This document shows, piece by piece, positions 42,720-54,173 of a DNA stretch of 64,000 nucleotides. The stretch is from contig PDIP01000001.1 of NCBI GenBank assembly GCA_002811645.1, positions 186,001 through 250,000 of the forward strand, written 5' to 3'. This stretch comes from Corallochytrium limacisporum Hawaii. Lineage: Eukaryota; Protista; Pluriformea. Position 1 is the stretch's first letter. Each line of letters opens with the position of its first letter. Under the pieces are notes generated by a model. The model worked only from the letters and a program-made list of their open reading frames with translations. It searched no databases and was not told the DNA's origin. The position numbers and the translations under genes were made by a program.

Positions 42720-44813
42720 CTACTGAGCTACCTGAGTCAGCTGTTGCAGACTCTGGGCGATGGCACTGCTCATGGCTGTGGGGTTGGTCGCGGGCTCGTT
42801 GCCATTCCACGCGCTGACATTGACATGTACTGCATCGTTGTGGATCATGTAGCCGAAGCCAAATCCATCGTCACAGACAGGTCCGAAACCAAAGAAATCA
42901 AGCGACTTGCCCCCACAGTTGGAGGTGGACAGACGCCAGGTTCCGCTTCGGGCATACACCGGATTCTGATACAAGGCCGGCACGGTTTCACCGTCGTGGA
43001 TCGACATCTTCAAACCGAACAGGTGCCGATCGCAACCCTGTGCAATCTGAGCCTTTTTGGCCACTGCGACATGGGCTTGGGTTGCCTTAGACAATAGATC
43101 GCGGACTTCTGCTCCACTGATATTAGAGTCAATCAGAGCCTGGCACAAAGCCAGAGCTTCTGGCGTGGCACTGCGGATGGTCTCAGTACGACCGTGCAGG
43201 AACCCTTTGGTGGCACAGCTTTCATAGGTGGCACCGAGATGCCCGTAGAGACGGTAGTGTGCCAGCTGGTAGGCCACTTGCACAAATGCATCCGGACTGT
43301 GGCCGAGTTGCTTGATACCGGCAGCTCCCAGGTCGGCGTAGCGCAAGGGCTGTTGGCTCAGTTTGTTGTAAAAGCTAATCTGGCGCTGCTTGCTATCGTT
43401 GAACTCGGCTTGCAGCTCCTCGCTGAGCATCAAAGGAAGGTGCATGCTGGATCCCATGCTTGCCTGACGACTCATGCCACCAGCCCCACCTGGAAGAGGC
43501 GAGCTTGGATCTCCGTGCGTGGCACTGGCTGCTCCAGCTTCCTTCAATGCGACATCCTCCTTCAGCAAGCGCTCACTCTCATCCCAGACGAACTCCACCA
43601 TGCGCAACACCGTGGATCCATCACCGGTGGAGTGCTCAATGTTAAAGCCTGCGCGACCATTGCCAAATACTACAAGCTGGGACTTGTCGAACCAGCGATT
43701 TCCCTGTTCTCCGTCGTGTAGCAGACTATTATTACAGTCGAGCACACTATTGGGCTCCTGATCATCAAGGACAACCACCATGATAGCCCGATCAATGGCT
43801 TCAAGCGTGCTTTCATTCATCATGTTCTCGCCTATCATCTTCTCACGCAGGTCGGCCCAGGTATCACGATCATCCCCAGTGGCAAAGTCGATCAAGGGGC
43901 CTGGTGGCATCTGCTTCGCCATGTCACGAATCTGTGCCAGATCCGCGGCAATGTCCCTCGGAGGCTTCGGATTCCGCTGCATGTCGTAGACCAAGGAGGC
44001 AAAGAAGTGCCCATTGGCAAGTACAACGACGTGGCGAGAGTCCTCGTTGACGTACATCGCTGTGTGACTGCTGTGGTTACGTCCAACAGGCCGCGATTGG
44101 TGGCATACAATCACGTCTCGGTTACGTTTCGGGATGCGCGCAGTAGCAAACAGACGCGGATATTGAACCATACACAGTGGCTGACGGTTGTCACCTTTGC
44201 CGGCCATGTCTGGCGTGAGCACCTCCTGGTCGATCATTTCCCTGAAGGTCAGAGATGAGAAGACCAGAGCCGCAGCGCGCTCGATCTGTCCATGATTTGG
44301 TGCAGGAAGATCTATGGGCTTGTCTGCTATGGTACCAGGCTGCTTCTGCAGATCTGCATCCCCTGTTTCGCGCAGCAAGAACGAGTAGTTGGAATTGATC
44401 ACAATAGGGGAGCGTGTGGCCAGGTATCCATCGTCCCACCATTCTTCTAACCAGCTCGGATGGCGCGGATCCTCAGCGCGATCCAAGAGTCGGCGTTGTA
44501 AGATAGGTGCGGCAGTATCCAGGAAGTCTGCAGCCTGGTTTGACGCCTTCTCGTACTCTTCTGGGGTAGTCAATGCTTTGATGGAGTTCAGCCATTGCTT
44601 GATTGTCTGATCTAGGGGGGGTACTGGAAGCTTCGGAATCTTATCCTGATACGCAAAAGTGGTGACTTGGCCCTCTTCTGTGGAATAGTGCCGTGCAATA
44701 TGCTTTCGAGCCGTGACTGTGGATCCCGTAGCCAGACAAACCCCAGCCTGTGATCTGGCCGTGGCCGGGACCCAGCGGTGTAGTCCTAATCTTGCGAGGG
44801 TTGCTGGTGACAT
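42720..44813 (-). CDS. Carnitine O-acyltransferase (CPT2/YAT1-like), mitochondrial (alternative ATG at 44876)
   Basis: PKLPVPPL, WLEEWW, LFATARIP, NRWFDK, catalytic EHSTGDG, TYESC..FLHGRTETIRS, RLSTS. Presequence-like N-terminus. Confidence 0.92.
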   Translation of the reverse strand: MSPATLARLGLHRWVPATARSQAGVCLATGSTVTARKHIARHYSTEEGQVTTFAYQDKIPKLPVPPLDQTIKQWLNSIKALTTPEEYEKASNQAADFLDTAAPILQRRLLDRAEDPRHPSWLEEWWDDGYLATRSPIVINSNYSFLLRETGDADLQKQPGTIADKPIDLPAPNHGQIERAAALVFSSLTFREMIDQEVLTPDMAGKGDNRQPLCMVQYPRLFATARIPKRNRDVIVCHQSRPVGRNHSSHTAMYVNEDSRHVVVLANGHFFASLVYDMQRNPKPPRDIAADLAQIRDMAKQMPPGPLIDFATGDDRDTWADLREKMIGENMMNESTLEAIDRAIMVVVLDDQEPNSVLDCNNSLLHDGEQGNRWFDKSQLVVFGNGRAGFNIEHSTGDGSTVLRMVEFVWDESERLLKEDVALKEAGAASATHGDPSSPLPGGAGGMSRQASMGSSMHLPLMLSEELQAEFNDSKQRQISFYNKLSQQPLRYADLGAAGIKQLGHSPDAFVQVAYQLAHYRLYGHLGATYESCATKGFLHGRTETIRSATPEALALCQALIDSNISGAEVRDLLSKATQAHVAVAKKAQIAQGCDRHLFGLKMSIHDGETVPALYQNPVYARSGTWRLSTSNCGGKSLDFFGFGPVCDDGFGFGYMIHNDAVHVNVSAWNGNEPATNPTAMSSAIAQSLQQLTQVAQ

Positions 44814-45944
44814 AGTGGATGAGTCTATCGAAGCAAGGGTCAAATCACAGAAAGTGCCTTCTGTATACGTGCCCATCAAACCTTGATAAATAGCTAGAGC
44901 CGCATATCAGGGGTCCTGAATGGAAAACTACAGTCGACAGCCGTCGAAATCGGATGCCCCGTGGCGCCAGTCGTCCGTGTGTGCTTACCACCCCCCCCCC
45001 CCCCCCCCCCGGGGGGGAGGCTCCTACTGCCTCTCTCCTCCACTCCCTCCCCTCGCCCTTTCGCCATGCGTATTTCACGGAGGGACCCATTGATTTCTAT
45101 GGGACCCCACGGAACAACGGGGTTCCCGTCTCTACGGGTAGCGCAGCCAAAAATCGACGCAAAATTTGGCGGACACAAGGAACACAAGGTAAAAACCCCC
45201 TGGGGGCTAAAAGGAAGGGAAAGCGGAGCGGGACGGTCCGGGTACCTTACGTCATCACTAAAATAGGCCCCCTTTCCTTTCGTTTAAATAAATATCCTGA
45301 CTTTTTTGAATTAATGTTTGGGTTCAGTTACTGTAACAGCTTCGGTGGTATACTGTTTCCTATTTCTTAAGGGACTTTGCCACTATAGCCAATGTACCGA
45401 ACCCTCGGACCCCATGCCCCATGAGAAGAAACTCCCGCCGCCATCGCATTTTCGGACCTCCCACAGCACCTCCCGCCGTCAGACTCCCCCACCACACCAC
45501 CGGCCGCGGCCACAGTTCGCAAGAGGCGCGACTCGCAGGCCCCCAAGGCTGTAGTTTGGGGTTTGTTTTCTGACAGAGTGGGCCACCGGACGACTCCCTT
45601 GCAAAGTGGGAAGAGCCGCCGTTCGAAACTTTCTCAGTTCTCCCGTAGCCTGCCCCTTTCCCGGCAGTGTGTTAGTTCGCTTAGTAGCGTGTATCGTAAT
45701 ACTCCCACCACGAGTAGGAGAGGGGCTGCGTCCCAGCCCCCTCTTGACCCGTGGTCTGAAGCACGTCATGATGGTTCATATTTGTGACGAGCAAGATTGT
45801 AGCTACACCTGGCACAAACTGTGGTGCGATGTTTTGTGGGAGTGGTACTTTAGATTATCATTTGGGAACCTGCAGAGTACCAGTGGAACATCCTTGTTAG
45901 GCTAGGTCTGAAGCATTGGCTGACACAAGCGTGAGACTAACACC

Positions 45945-46361
45945 ATGACACAAAACGCAGCAGCCGCGGAGGCGGTGAAGCAGGCTCCCCGGATTTTGCG
46001 TCCGTTCGTTGGAAACCAGAGAATATTTGGAAACCGGGCTGCTCTGGCTATGGAGAACAAGGTCCCTGCTCTGGCCTACGTGAACGATGTCACAAACGCT
46101 GCACCGGGATTCAAGTGGGCACTGAGTATTGTGCCAATTCTGCAGGCCCTACAGGGACAGCCTCCAGTGGAGAATCTGGATCTGAAACAGAGTTGTGCTC
46201 TAGCATTTACTGGATACGTCTGGTCCTACTATGCCACGATCATTAAGCCTCAAAACGCGGGATCACGGGCTCTTATGGCTTGCAATCTAGCCATGGCTGC
46301 TGTGCACTCATACAATATTGCTCGGAAAGTTAACTACATGCGTGCTGAGGGTCAGCTGTAA
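45945..46361 (+). CDS. Mitochondrial pyruvate carrier (MPC) family protein
   Basis: APGFKWAL, PVENL..Q..ALAFTGYVWSYYATIIKPQN, LMACN. Confidence 0.85.
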   Translation: MTQNAAAAEAVKQAPRILRPFVGNQRIFGNRAALAMENKVPALAYVNDVTNAAPGFKWALSIVPILQALQGQPPVENLDLKQSCALAFTGYVWSYYATIIKPQNAGSRALMACNLAMAAVHSYNIARKVNYMRAEGQL

Positions 46362-46435
46362 TTCCAAAAGCCTAAACATTGCAGGATCATGTCCTGCTTA
46401 TTCATTGAATAGTGATACATTGATTATTGTTGTAG

Positions 46436-47455
46436 TCATACGAGATATCTGTCCGTTCGTCCAAGTGTCAGTATCGTGATCGTTTGGTTTCCCTCACCCT
46501 CCTCACTTTTCCACAGCCGACAAGTGTTGTCCTTTGATGCTGACACGAGTAGATCCCCGTTGTAGACAAAATTTGTGGCGAAAACATCAATGGTTACGAC
46601 ACCGATACTACCCTTCTGCGCACCTCCACGTATGGTGGCTGCCGCAAGTAGATCAACCACCGTCTCACGGCCTCCAGGACTGGCGACCAAAGCACAAAGA
46701 GATCCGGGCTCGTCTGCACTAATTACTCGTGTGCACAACGTGTGGCCACCATAGCTGACGCTGCGGTCCACTAGCGTCGCAAGCAAACCGCTGACCGTCA
46801 CCCCACACACGCGGCTTCCGGTGCCACAGAATCCGAGGGCAGTGATGGTACCCCAGTCTCCAGTGTAATGGAGAGGCTGGGTGTCGCTTGCTATGGAACT
46901 TGCAGCTGCCATGCCGGGTCGAACAACGGAGTGGGTCCAACCACTCGCGTCGCAGAGACAGATGGCATTGTGGGAGCCGACAAGGACGATCCTAGGTCTT
47001 GAAGGTCCAGGAGGTAAGGCAACGGCTGTTACTGAGGCTGTCACCACCTGTAACCCGGCCGGCGATGAAGAATTGGGTGTGTTGCGCTTATTTCTGGGCT
47101 CACTCCACATGTTCCGCAAGCTGTTAGTTCCGAGAGATTGGGTGGTGACGGTCTGCATCATGGCAGGACTAACAAAAAGTTGGCGACCACCAAAATCCCA
47201 GATACGATATTTGCTTTCTTCACCACCACTAATGATACGCTGGAATGAAGTACTGGCATCGATTGAAGTGACAACCATGCCTCCGGCACTCACCCAGGAA
47301 GTTTTGTGCTCCGAGTTTGTCTGCAATGGAAGTACGGCGATTTCATGACCAGTTGCTGCCACTAGTGCGGCTGAACTGGACGCCACGGCGATTGATCCCC
47401 AACAAACCGCCCAGTTCCCGCCACAAAGCCAGCCACCGCCGCAGGAAACAGCCAC
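46436..47455 (-). pseudogene. IFT80: Truncated, divergent IFT80-derived WD40 ORF with no ATG upstream of the homologous region
   Basis: AVCWG..IAVLPLQ..W..IISGGEESKYRIWDFGGRQLF and VGSHNAICLCDASGWTH match remembered IFT80 [21 protein letters not shown] and VGSFHTLRLCDKTGWSY. Opens at GTG just after an in-frame TAA. Confidence 0.7.
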
Positions 47456-47863
47456 TGATTTACAAGTTTAATCAAATACTTGATTCATAAATTAGACCTG
47501 AATATACCACAAGAAGAGAATCAGAAGGGTCACACATTCACTATAGGAGTTGACTTGGTATCCAGGTTATTTTTATTGGCGAGTAAAAGGGGAAATCAAT
47601 TCCAGGCAAGAATCGAACAAAAGTGTCGAGGTGAAACAATCAGCAATTTCCCCAGTCTCACCCATTATTCAATTCAGCCCGTGTTCCTTGTCAACCAAAC
47701 ACCAAAAGGAAAAAAAAAAAAATCTTTGATGGGGGATCGTTCGCTTAAAAAGTGTGCGCCCCGCACCGCGGGGTCCTTCTTTTTTGTGGTACATTCCACG
47801 TTTATTTCGATACGTCAAAAATCGTAACGATGGAATTGGGCTCAATAGCGCCAGAAATTTCTA

Positions 47864-49762
47864 TCACTCAAAGAGGTGCCAGAAGCGATCTGGACCCTGC
47901 TCCAGCAGTTCGGACAGCCGCTTTTCGGGGTACATGTCGTAATTGCTGGCATCACCAGGGCTGTCCAGCCGGGGAACGATTGGTGGACGGAGCTGCTGCT
48001 CGTCGACCATGCGCCAGTCCAGGCCTCCGAAGAAGGGATGCTGTTTGACATCGTCGACGCCGTCCACGAGGGCACCGATGCGTTGAGTCGGGTCGCGGGT
48101 CAGCAATTCGCTGATAAACTGCTTGCTGGTCTCCTCAATGTGAGAAGGGAACGAGACCGGGGCGGATAGGATCTTTTCGTAGATGCGGAAAGTGTTCGAG
48201 TCTACAAACGGAGGGTAACCCACCAACATCTCGTAAGTCAGGATTCCCAGAGCCCACCAGTCCACGGCCTTGCCGTGCCCTTGGCTCTGGATAATTTCCG
48301 GAGCTAGGTACTCGGGCGTACCGCACAGGGTCCAGGTGCGATCAACAACGTGTTTTGCGAAGCCAAAATCCGTGATCTTGACGTGACCACGGAAATCCAA
48401 AAGCAGATTCTCCGGCTTCAGGTCTCTGTAAATAATGTTCTGGCTGTGGAGGGAGTCCAGAGCAGAGGTCAACTCGGCAATGTAGAATCGCGCGACGTTG
48501 GGCAGGAAACGACCGGCCCGACGCAGGTGCGTGAACAGCTCGCCGCCTGCGACGTACTCAAGGACAAAGTACAGTCGTTGCGAATCCTGGAAGTTGGCAA
48601 ACATGCGCACAATGAAAGGACTGCGGATGGTGGACAGGAGTTTTCTCTCGGAGTTAAAGTGCTCCACTTGTTTCATGCGCACAATGTGCTCCTTGTGCAT
48701 CATCTTGACGGCAAAGTAGCCTCCATACTTCTTCTCCTGGGCGAGAATGACACGGCCAAAGGTGCCAATGCCGATGGTACGCAACAGCTCGAAGCTGTCA
48801 ACACTAATTTTCGGTGGTGTACGCCTAAGGTGCGACTGCTGCTGTGCTTGAGCCATGGGTGGCATCTTCACAGGAACGGTTGCCAAAGAATGGCGCTGGA
48901 CCCTAACCACATGTCCATGGATGTTGCGCTTAGCACCAACCATCTGGGGGGTCAGACCGTCGCTTGCCTTGCGTTTACGGCTGTCGGACTCGATGATACT
49001 GTTGCTGCTGGACACGCTAAGGCCTTCATGGCTGTCAATGGAGGCTCTTAGGTGCGTCTTCGGAGCAGCAGCGACCCGCGCTGCTGCTGTCTGTGCTTGT
49101 TGCATCTGTGGTTGGAATGCCTGAGGCAAGGAGGTTCGCGGCGATGTGTTTCTGCGGTACTTTGAGAGGAGCTCATGGTTGTCGCTGCTGTGGCCACCAA
49201 CCGTAGGAGGCGGAACGAACGGGGGCAGGATTCCAGGCTGTTGTGTTGTCGAAGATGCCATCATCTGCGGTTGTTGGAAGAGAACAGGTCGATTAATGGA
49301 AGCGGTGTTGCTTCCCTTCCGTGTTGAAGCCGACGAAGAGCCAGAGAGTCTGAGAATAGTCTGTTGGCTGCTCTCTGATCCCGCAATGCTGGTGCGACTG
49401 GCGAAGTTCTTTCCCATCTGGTTGCATACGGCATCCCCCATAACGGACGATAGACTCCCTTCCGATGCCCGGGTAGAGCCATCGGAGGAATCTGTCATTG
49501 ATGTGGAATAGCTCCGCTGGGAGGATGATCTGTTACTCTGAGGGAACATGTATGCGTTGGGTGAAAGCTGATGCCCTTGCTCGGCAGGCTCGTATCCCTT
49601 TCCAAGCGCAGTCGTGCGCTCTGTTGATGTTGTCCCGTCATCACTACTGTTGCTGCGGTCATCACTATAGGAATGCCGGTGCAATATGGTTTCCTGCTGC
49701 GCCCGCGCAGTTTGCCCAGCACCACTGTCGCTTATCGTGTTTTGGTGTAGGACGCCTTCCAT
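47864..49762 (-). CDS. cAMP-dependent protein kinase catalytic subunit (PKA-C/PRKX-type) with long Ser/Gln-rich N-terminus
   Basis: GIGTFGRV, YRDLKPEN, DFGFAK, RTWTLCGTPEYLAPEIIQSQGHGKAVDWWALG, GDASNYDMYPE. Confidence 0.93.
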   Translation of the reverse strand: MEGVLHQNTISDSGAGQTARAQQETILHRHSYSDDRSNSSDDGTTSTERTTALGKGYEPAEQGHQLSPNAYMFPQSNRSSSQRSYSTSMTDSSDGSTRASEGSLSSVMGDAVCNQMGKNFASRTSIAGSESSQQTILRLSGSSSASTRKGSNTASINRPVLFQQPQMMASSTTQQPGILPPFVPPPTVGGHSSDNHELLSKYRRNTSPRTSLPQAFQPQMQQAQTAAARVAAAPKTHLRASIDSHEGLSVSSSNSIIESDSRKRKASDGLTPQMVGAKRNIHGHVVRVQRHSLATVPVKMPPMAQAQQQSHLRRTPPKISVDSFELLRTIGIGTFGRVILAQEKKYGGYFAVKMMHKEHIVRMKQVEHFNSERKLLSTIRSPFIVRMFANFQDSQRLYFVLEYVAGGELFTHLRRAGRFLPNVARFYIAELTSALDSLHSQNIIYRDLKPENLLLDFRGHVKITDFGFAKHVVDRTWTLCGTPEYLAPEIIQSQGHGKAVDWWALGILTYEMLVGYPPFVDSNTFRIYEKILSAPVSFPSHIEETSKQFISELLTRDPTQRIGALVDGVDDVKQHPFFGGLDWRMVDEQQLRPPIVPRLDSPGDASNYDMYPEKRLSELLEQGPDRFWHLFE

Positions 49763-51953
49763 TGTTTGGACAGGTATGTGTTGCCTATTTCTGATATTTA
49801 CAACATGCGTCGATCTACTTCACCTTTTTCATTATTACTTCCAAGCGTTACTTCTCCCTACTCGAATGTCTGTTCCGTTGTACGTTGCGCAGATTAAAAT
49901 TAGGATTTGTAGCTCTTTGCCTTCCCTTCCTATCTTTATCTCAATGGTAGACTCTTGAAAGCTCTCGAGATCTCTCAACCTATACTACTCTGTGCTGCTT
50001 TGATACCCGTGGTGTTTCTAACGTTTCAGCCGAACAATATCGCTATACAAGATTGCCATCAACCTCTTCATACCTGACAAAACTATTCAGAATGACCCAT
50101 ACTTCACCTAAGCATCTGGCCACCTCATCATTATCACAATGTATAACTTTGTAGAAATTTCGATGCAACGGACCCTGGAATCACCGCAGATTGCTATCTC
50201 AGGTCACCCGGAAAAATCTCGTCCGCAAGAAAGCTCACGGGTTACATCAATCCCAAGAGAGTTACCTCCATCAAAAGACTGCGTGTCTGTTTTCAACGGG
50301 CGGTTGTACCGGTGCCTCCTGCACGGGGAGGAGGAGGGGGGCGGTCCACCGGACACAGTTTAAGAATAGAAATCTCACACTCCCATTCATCATCTATAGG
50401 TAGCGGCCTGTCTTAGTGCTTTGCAACCCCTCCTCCCCCTCCCCGCTTTTTAGCGTTCTTGCTTCCCCCCCCCTTCTCCTCCGCTCGCTCTCGCTCTCTC
50501 TCCTCCCTGCACCCCTTTCCCCCCCCCCTCCCCGGGTCTTCTCCCTTCCCCCATGCCTACGAATTCGCAAGATTATTGGGACCGGACAGATACGTCCTCT
50601 TGTCCACTCTAGCATTTTCCTTATCGCAATTTTGGTATTGAGCACATTGCTGAAATGCAGGAACGCATCTGCGGTGCGGGTTAATTTCCGTAACTTCCTT
50701 TTCCGAAAGGTCACTCACCATTTGCGCTCCGTCCCTCCCCCGGGCCGGTGCCTACTTCACCCCCCCTTCCCACTTTCTCCCGGTAAATGAGAGACTTTTT
50801 CCGACGAACCAGGGGCCAATCAAGAAACCATAGCAAAAGCATATTATACGGAAACACAGCCCAAGAAGAAACCAAGGGGAAAACCAAAGAAAAGGAAGGG
50901 AGGAACGGGCCATAATTTATTATTCACAAAAAGAAAAAAGATGGGGACTGTTGTGTTTTTCCGGGAAAGCAAACCAGAAGGAAAAATTAGGGGAAGTAGA
51001 CAAAGGTGGAAAATCTAGGAGAAGGGGAAAATAAAAAGGAACCATCGTACTTATAGAGAGTGTACGCTTAGGACTTGTGCCGCCCGCCCATACGCTCCTC
51101 ACTCTTGTGTCACGCCCGTCGATTAACTATTATTCTGGACGTTCTGTGCTTTGCCCCCCCCCCCTTTTCTTCTCGCCTTCCCCCCACACCTCTCTCTCCC
51201 TCTCGCGGTGGATCCTCCCCGTTCCTTCACGCGAACCGCGGAGCATAGAGATCTACTCAATATTGCGAGTATGTAGCAGATTTGCGTAAATATAAAAGTT
51301 ATATAAGGATGTGGACAACTGACACATCGCTACCTATCATCCATCTGCCAACAAAGTGGCTGGATCTCATCTAATTTTCTTGTCCGCTATTTGTTTCTAG
51401 ATTCTCGGCCGGTGCACCGTCTTGTCGCTCTCTCTCTGTCTCTTCTCTCCCCCCCCCGGGGGGAGGGTGTATCACGGCGTTTTCGAGCGCGTGGGACGGG
51501 CTAATGCACACACACACACACACACCCCAATCCCCCGGTGTGGTAGTTCACTCGTACGCCTGTTACGAATATACGCAATTGATTTAGTATTAAACGTATT
51601 GACCTACTGGACCTAGGGACAGGGTCTGCTTTTGCACATAAATTCCGGGCCGGGCGGCTGCCACATCTTTGGCCTGCGAGAGGAGCAAAGATCTGTCCGT
51701 TGTTCGGCCTCGTTTCAGCTTACCCTGCCAATCACAAACCGATCCTGATTTCGGTACTGAAACAATAGCATGGTTGAAATTTTGATGAATCAAATAGGAA
51801 AACTAAAGACCTGGGGTATCGGGGGGTACACCATTGGAATCTCTGCGTGCTTGGTGGGGGTGGAAGGGAATGGGGGTTTAGCGGGGGGGAGGTGTGGGTG
51901 TGGGATGTGCACTATTTACGCCGAAGGAAACCGGGTCGACCCAGCCGCACGCA

Positions 51954-52012
51954 GTGTGAGTGTGTGTGTGTGTGTGTGTGCCTCTCTCTCTCTCTCGCTC
52001 GTTCTCTCTGCC
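51954..52012. repeat. Compound (TG)n-(CT)n microsatellite
   Basis: Read directly. Confidence 0.85.
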
Positions 52013-53938
52013 TCTGTGTCTCCCGGTGCTCTGTCGCTGTCCTTCTCTGTCTCAGTGTGCCCGCTCTCTTCTCCCCGTTCCCCCCCCCCTGGCCTCCCCC
52101 TTCTCCCGTAAAATGCTTCTCTGTCTCCCGTAACACCACCACCAACCCCAAAATGACAAAAATTAGGATGTTTTGGGCAGGGGCTAGAAACGGCAGCACA
52201 GTAACCACCGAAGCCTTTTGCCCCGAGGCACAGGGCCCGGGAGCACTGAGATACACGCACTCTCGGTCCCTCCTCTTTGCTTGGGTCAGGAGGAAGGGAA
52301 GGAAGCCCTGCCCCCGCCGGGAAGGAAGGGGTAGCGGGGAGAGCGGCAGAGAGACAGAGCCAGCGATCGAAGTGTGTACAATGAGGAGGTGCGCTCAGTT
52401 TCCGGTTCCTTAGAGACACCGTGGTCCTTTTTTTTTCTTTTCTTTGGTGCCACCCCCGTTTTTTATTTTCTTGCCCGGCGATTTCTTTTTTTTTTCATAG
52501 TTTTGTATCTCTTTGTTTTGTTTTCTCCATAATACTTTGTTTTACCCTTTTTCTCCTCTCTATATTCTACACTCGGCGGTGAACCCGTTACACGCCGGCA
52601 TTCTGTTTGTGGTTCCCCCCCCCCTCCCGCGAGAGATTCCTTCCCCTTTTTTTTTCCTATTCTATCCGTCTGCATCCCTTTCGCTATATCATAGAGATTG
52701 ATCTAATATCCTAGGACAGAAGGGAAAAAGAAACAAGGGGATTGATCAATTGTTGGCAAGCGACTGGAACAAACCAACACCGCCCACCCACCACCGTTCC
52801 CCTTTTTGGTTTTATTCTGTTTTCTTGTGCGTGTGTTGGGGGGTTGTTGGGGGTGGCATGTGTTCTCCTCATGGTCTTTGAAAGCAATGGCGGCCTTATA
52901 GTGAGCCAACCGCGTTCTTGATGCGCCCGTTCGTATCCTTGTGCCTCTCCACGGGGAGTTTCTTTCCACTGTACTCGTTGTGTTGGGTGCGCTCCGTCAA
53001 GAGGACTGTATGACTGGATGTTGGTTCGATTCTCTGTTCTTCCCAATCACTCATTTATGGTCCAATTTCTGCTCTGCGAGAGACATAAACGGGTCATTCC
53101 GGCTGGTACCCACCCCAGAGAAGAAAACTCCATAATGACCCGGCCTGCAGAACACAAGTTCGTCAAGGGATTTTGGAGATTGGCAGTGGGGCCCTTCTTC
53201 TGGTCCAACAGCCAACCTCGCTAACCACCCCCCCTTCCTTTAAGATTGTTCCTCTCGTGCTTAATGTCCAAGCTCTTTAAGCGCGTTCATCCATACAAAC
53301 GGGCGTCTCCTACAAACACTTCGCCATGCTGCGCCTCGTCTTCTCAACACTCGTCGGTGTGCAAGTCATGTCTCTGTGTCTTCTCCTCCCGTCTCTTCCC
53401 CCCCTCCCCCGGGCGATGGTTCAAATTTTTCTTCCGATCTTTCTTCTCTGTTGCTTGGAGAGGAGAATCTACCCTACGGATCGCTGGGTACTTTCAGTAT
53501 AGAAATCGCGGTCGGTGGGTTGCTGTCACCTGCTGCTCTGTCCCCTCGCTCGTTTCATCGCTCATTGCCTTTTCGGACGGCGCTTCTCTCCCTCCCTCTG
53601 TAACCACTCAGCAGCACTGTGCCACACACTAGACTTCAGACACCCCTGGTGTGAGAAAAACGCAACCTCACCGCACACACATTCAGTACCGAGGAGCCAA
53701 GCAGCATAGCACCTAACAGGGTGGACCTGTTTAGAAAACATTTACTTCCATCCTCGAGACACACCACCGGACAGAGAGTGACTTGGGCGAGCGAAATTTT
53801 TCCTTTGGGTGTCCCGTCCGCGCTCGTTGTCGGTCCCCTGGTAATTCTTTTTGGTTTTTTTTCAGTTTCCCCATTCCTTCTCTTCTTCAAGGGGCCCTTC
53901 GCCCTTGATGCCGCGAGACCGTTATTCGGACACCTCCC

Positions 53939-54173
53939 NNNNNNNNNNNNNNNNNNNNNNNNNNNNNNNNNNNNNNNNNNNNNNNNNNNNNNNNNNNNNN
54001 NNNNNNNNNNNNNNNNNNNNNNNNNNNNNNNNNNNNNNNNNNNNNNNNNNNNNNNNNNNNNNNNNNNNNNNNNNNNNNNNNNNNNNNNNNNNNNNNNNNN
54101 NNNNNNNNNNNNNNNNNNNNNNNNNNNNNNNNNNNNNNNNNNNNNNNNNNNNNNNNNNNNNNNNNNNNNNNNN
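53939..54173. other. Assembly gap (N run)
   Basis: Read directly. Confidence 0.99.

Noticed and set aside
53000-53050. GGTTCGATTC tRNA T-loop / B-box-like sequence
   Set aside because: Flanks do not form a T-stem or cloverleaf.
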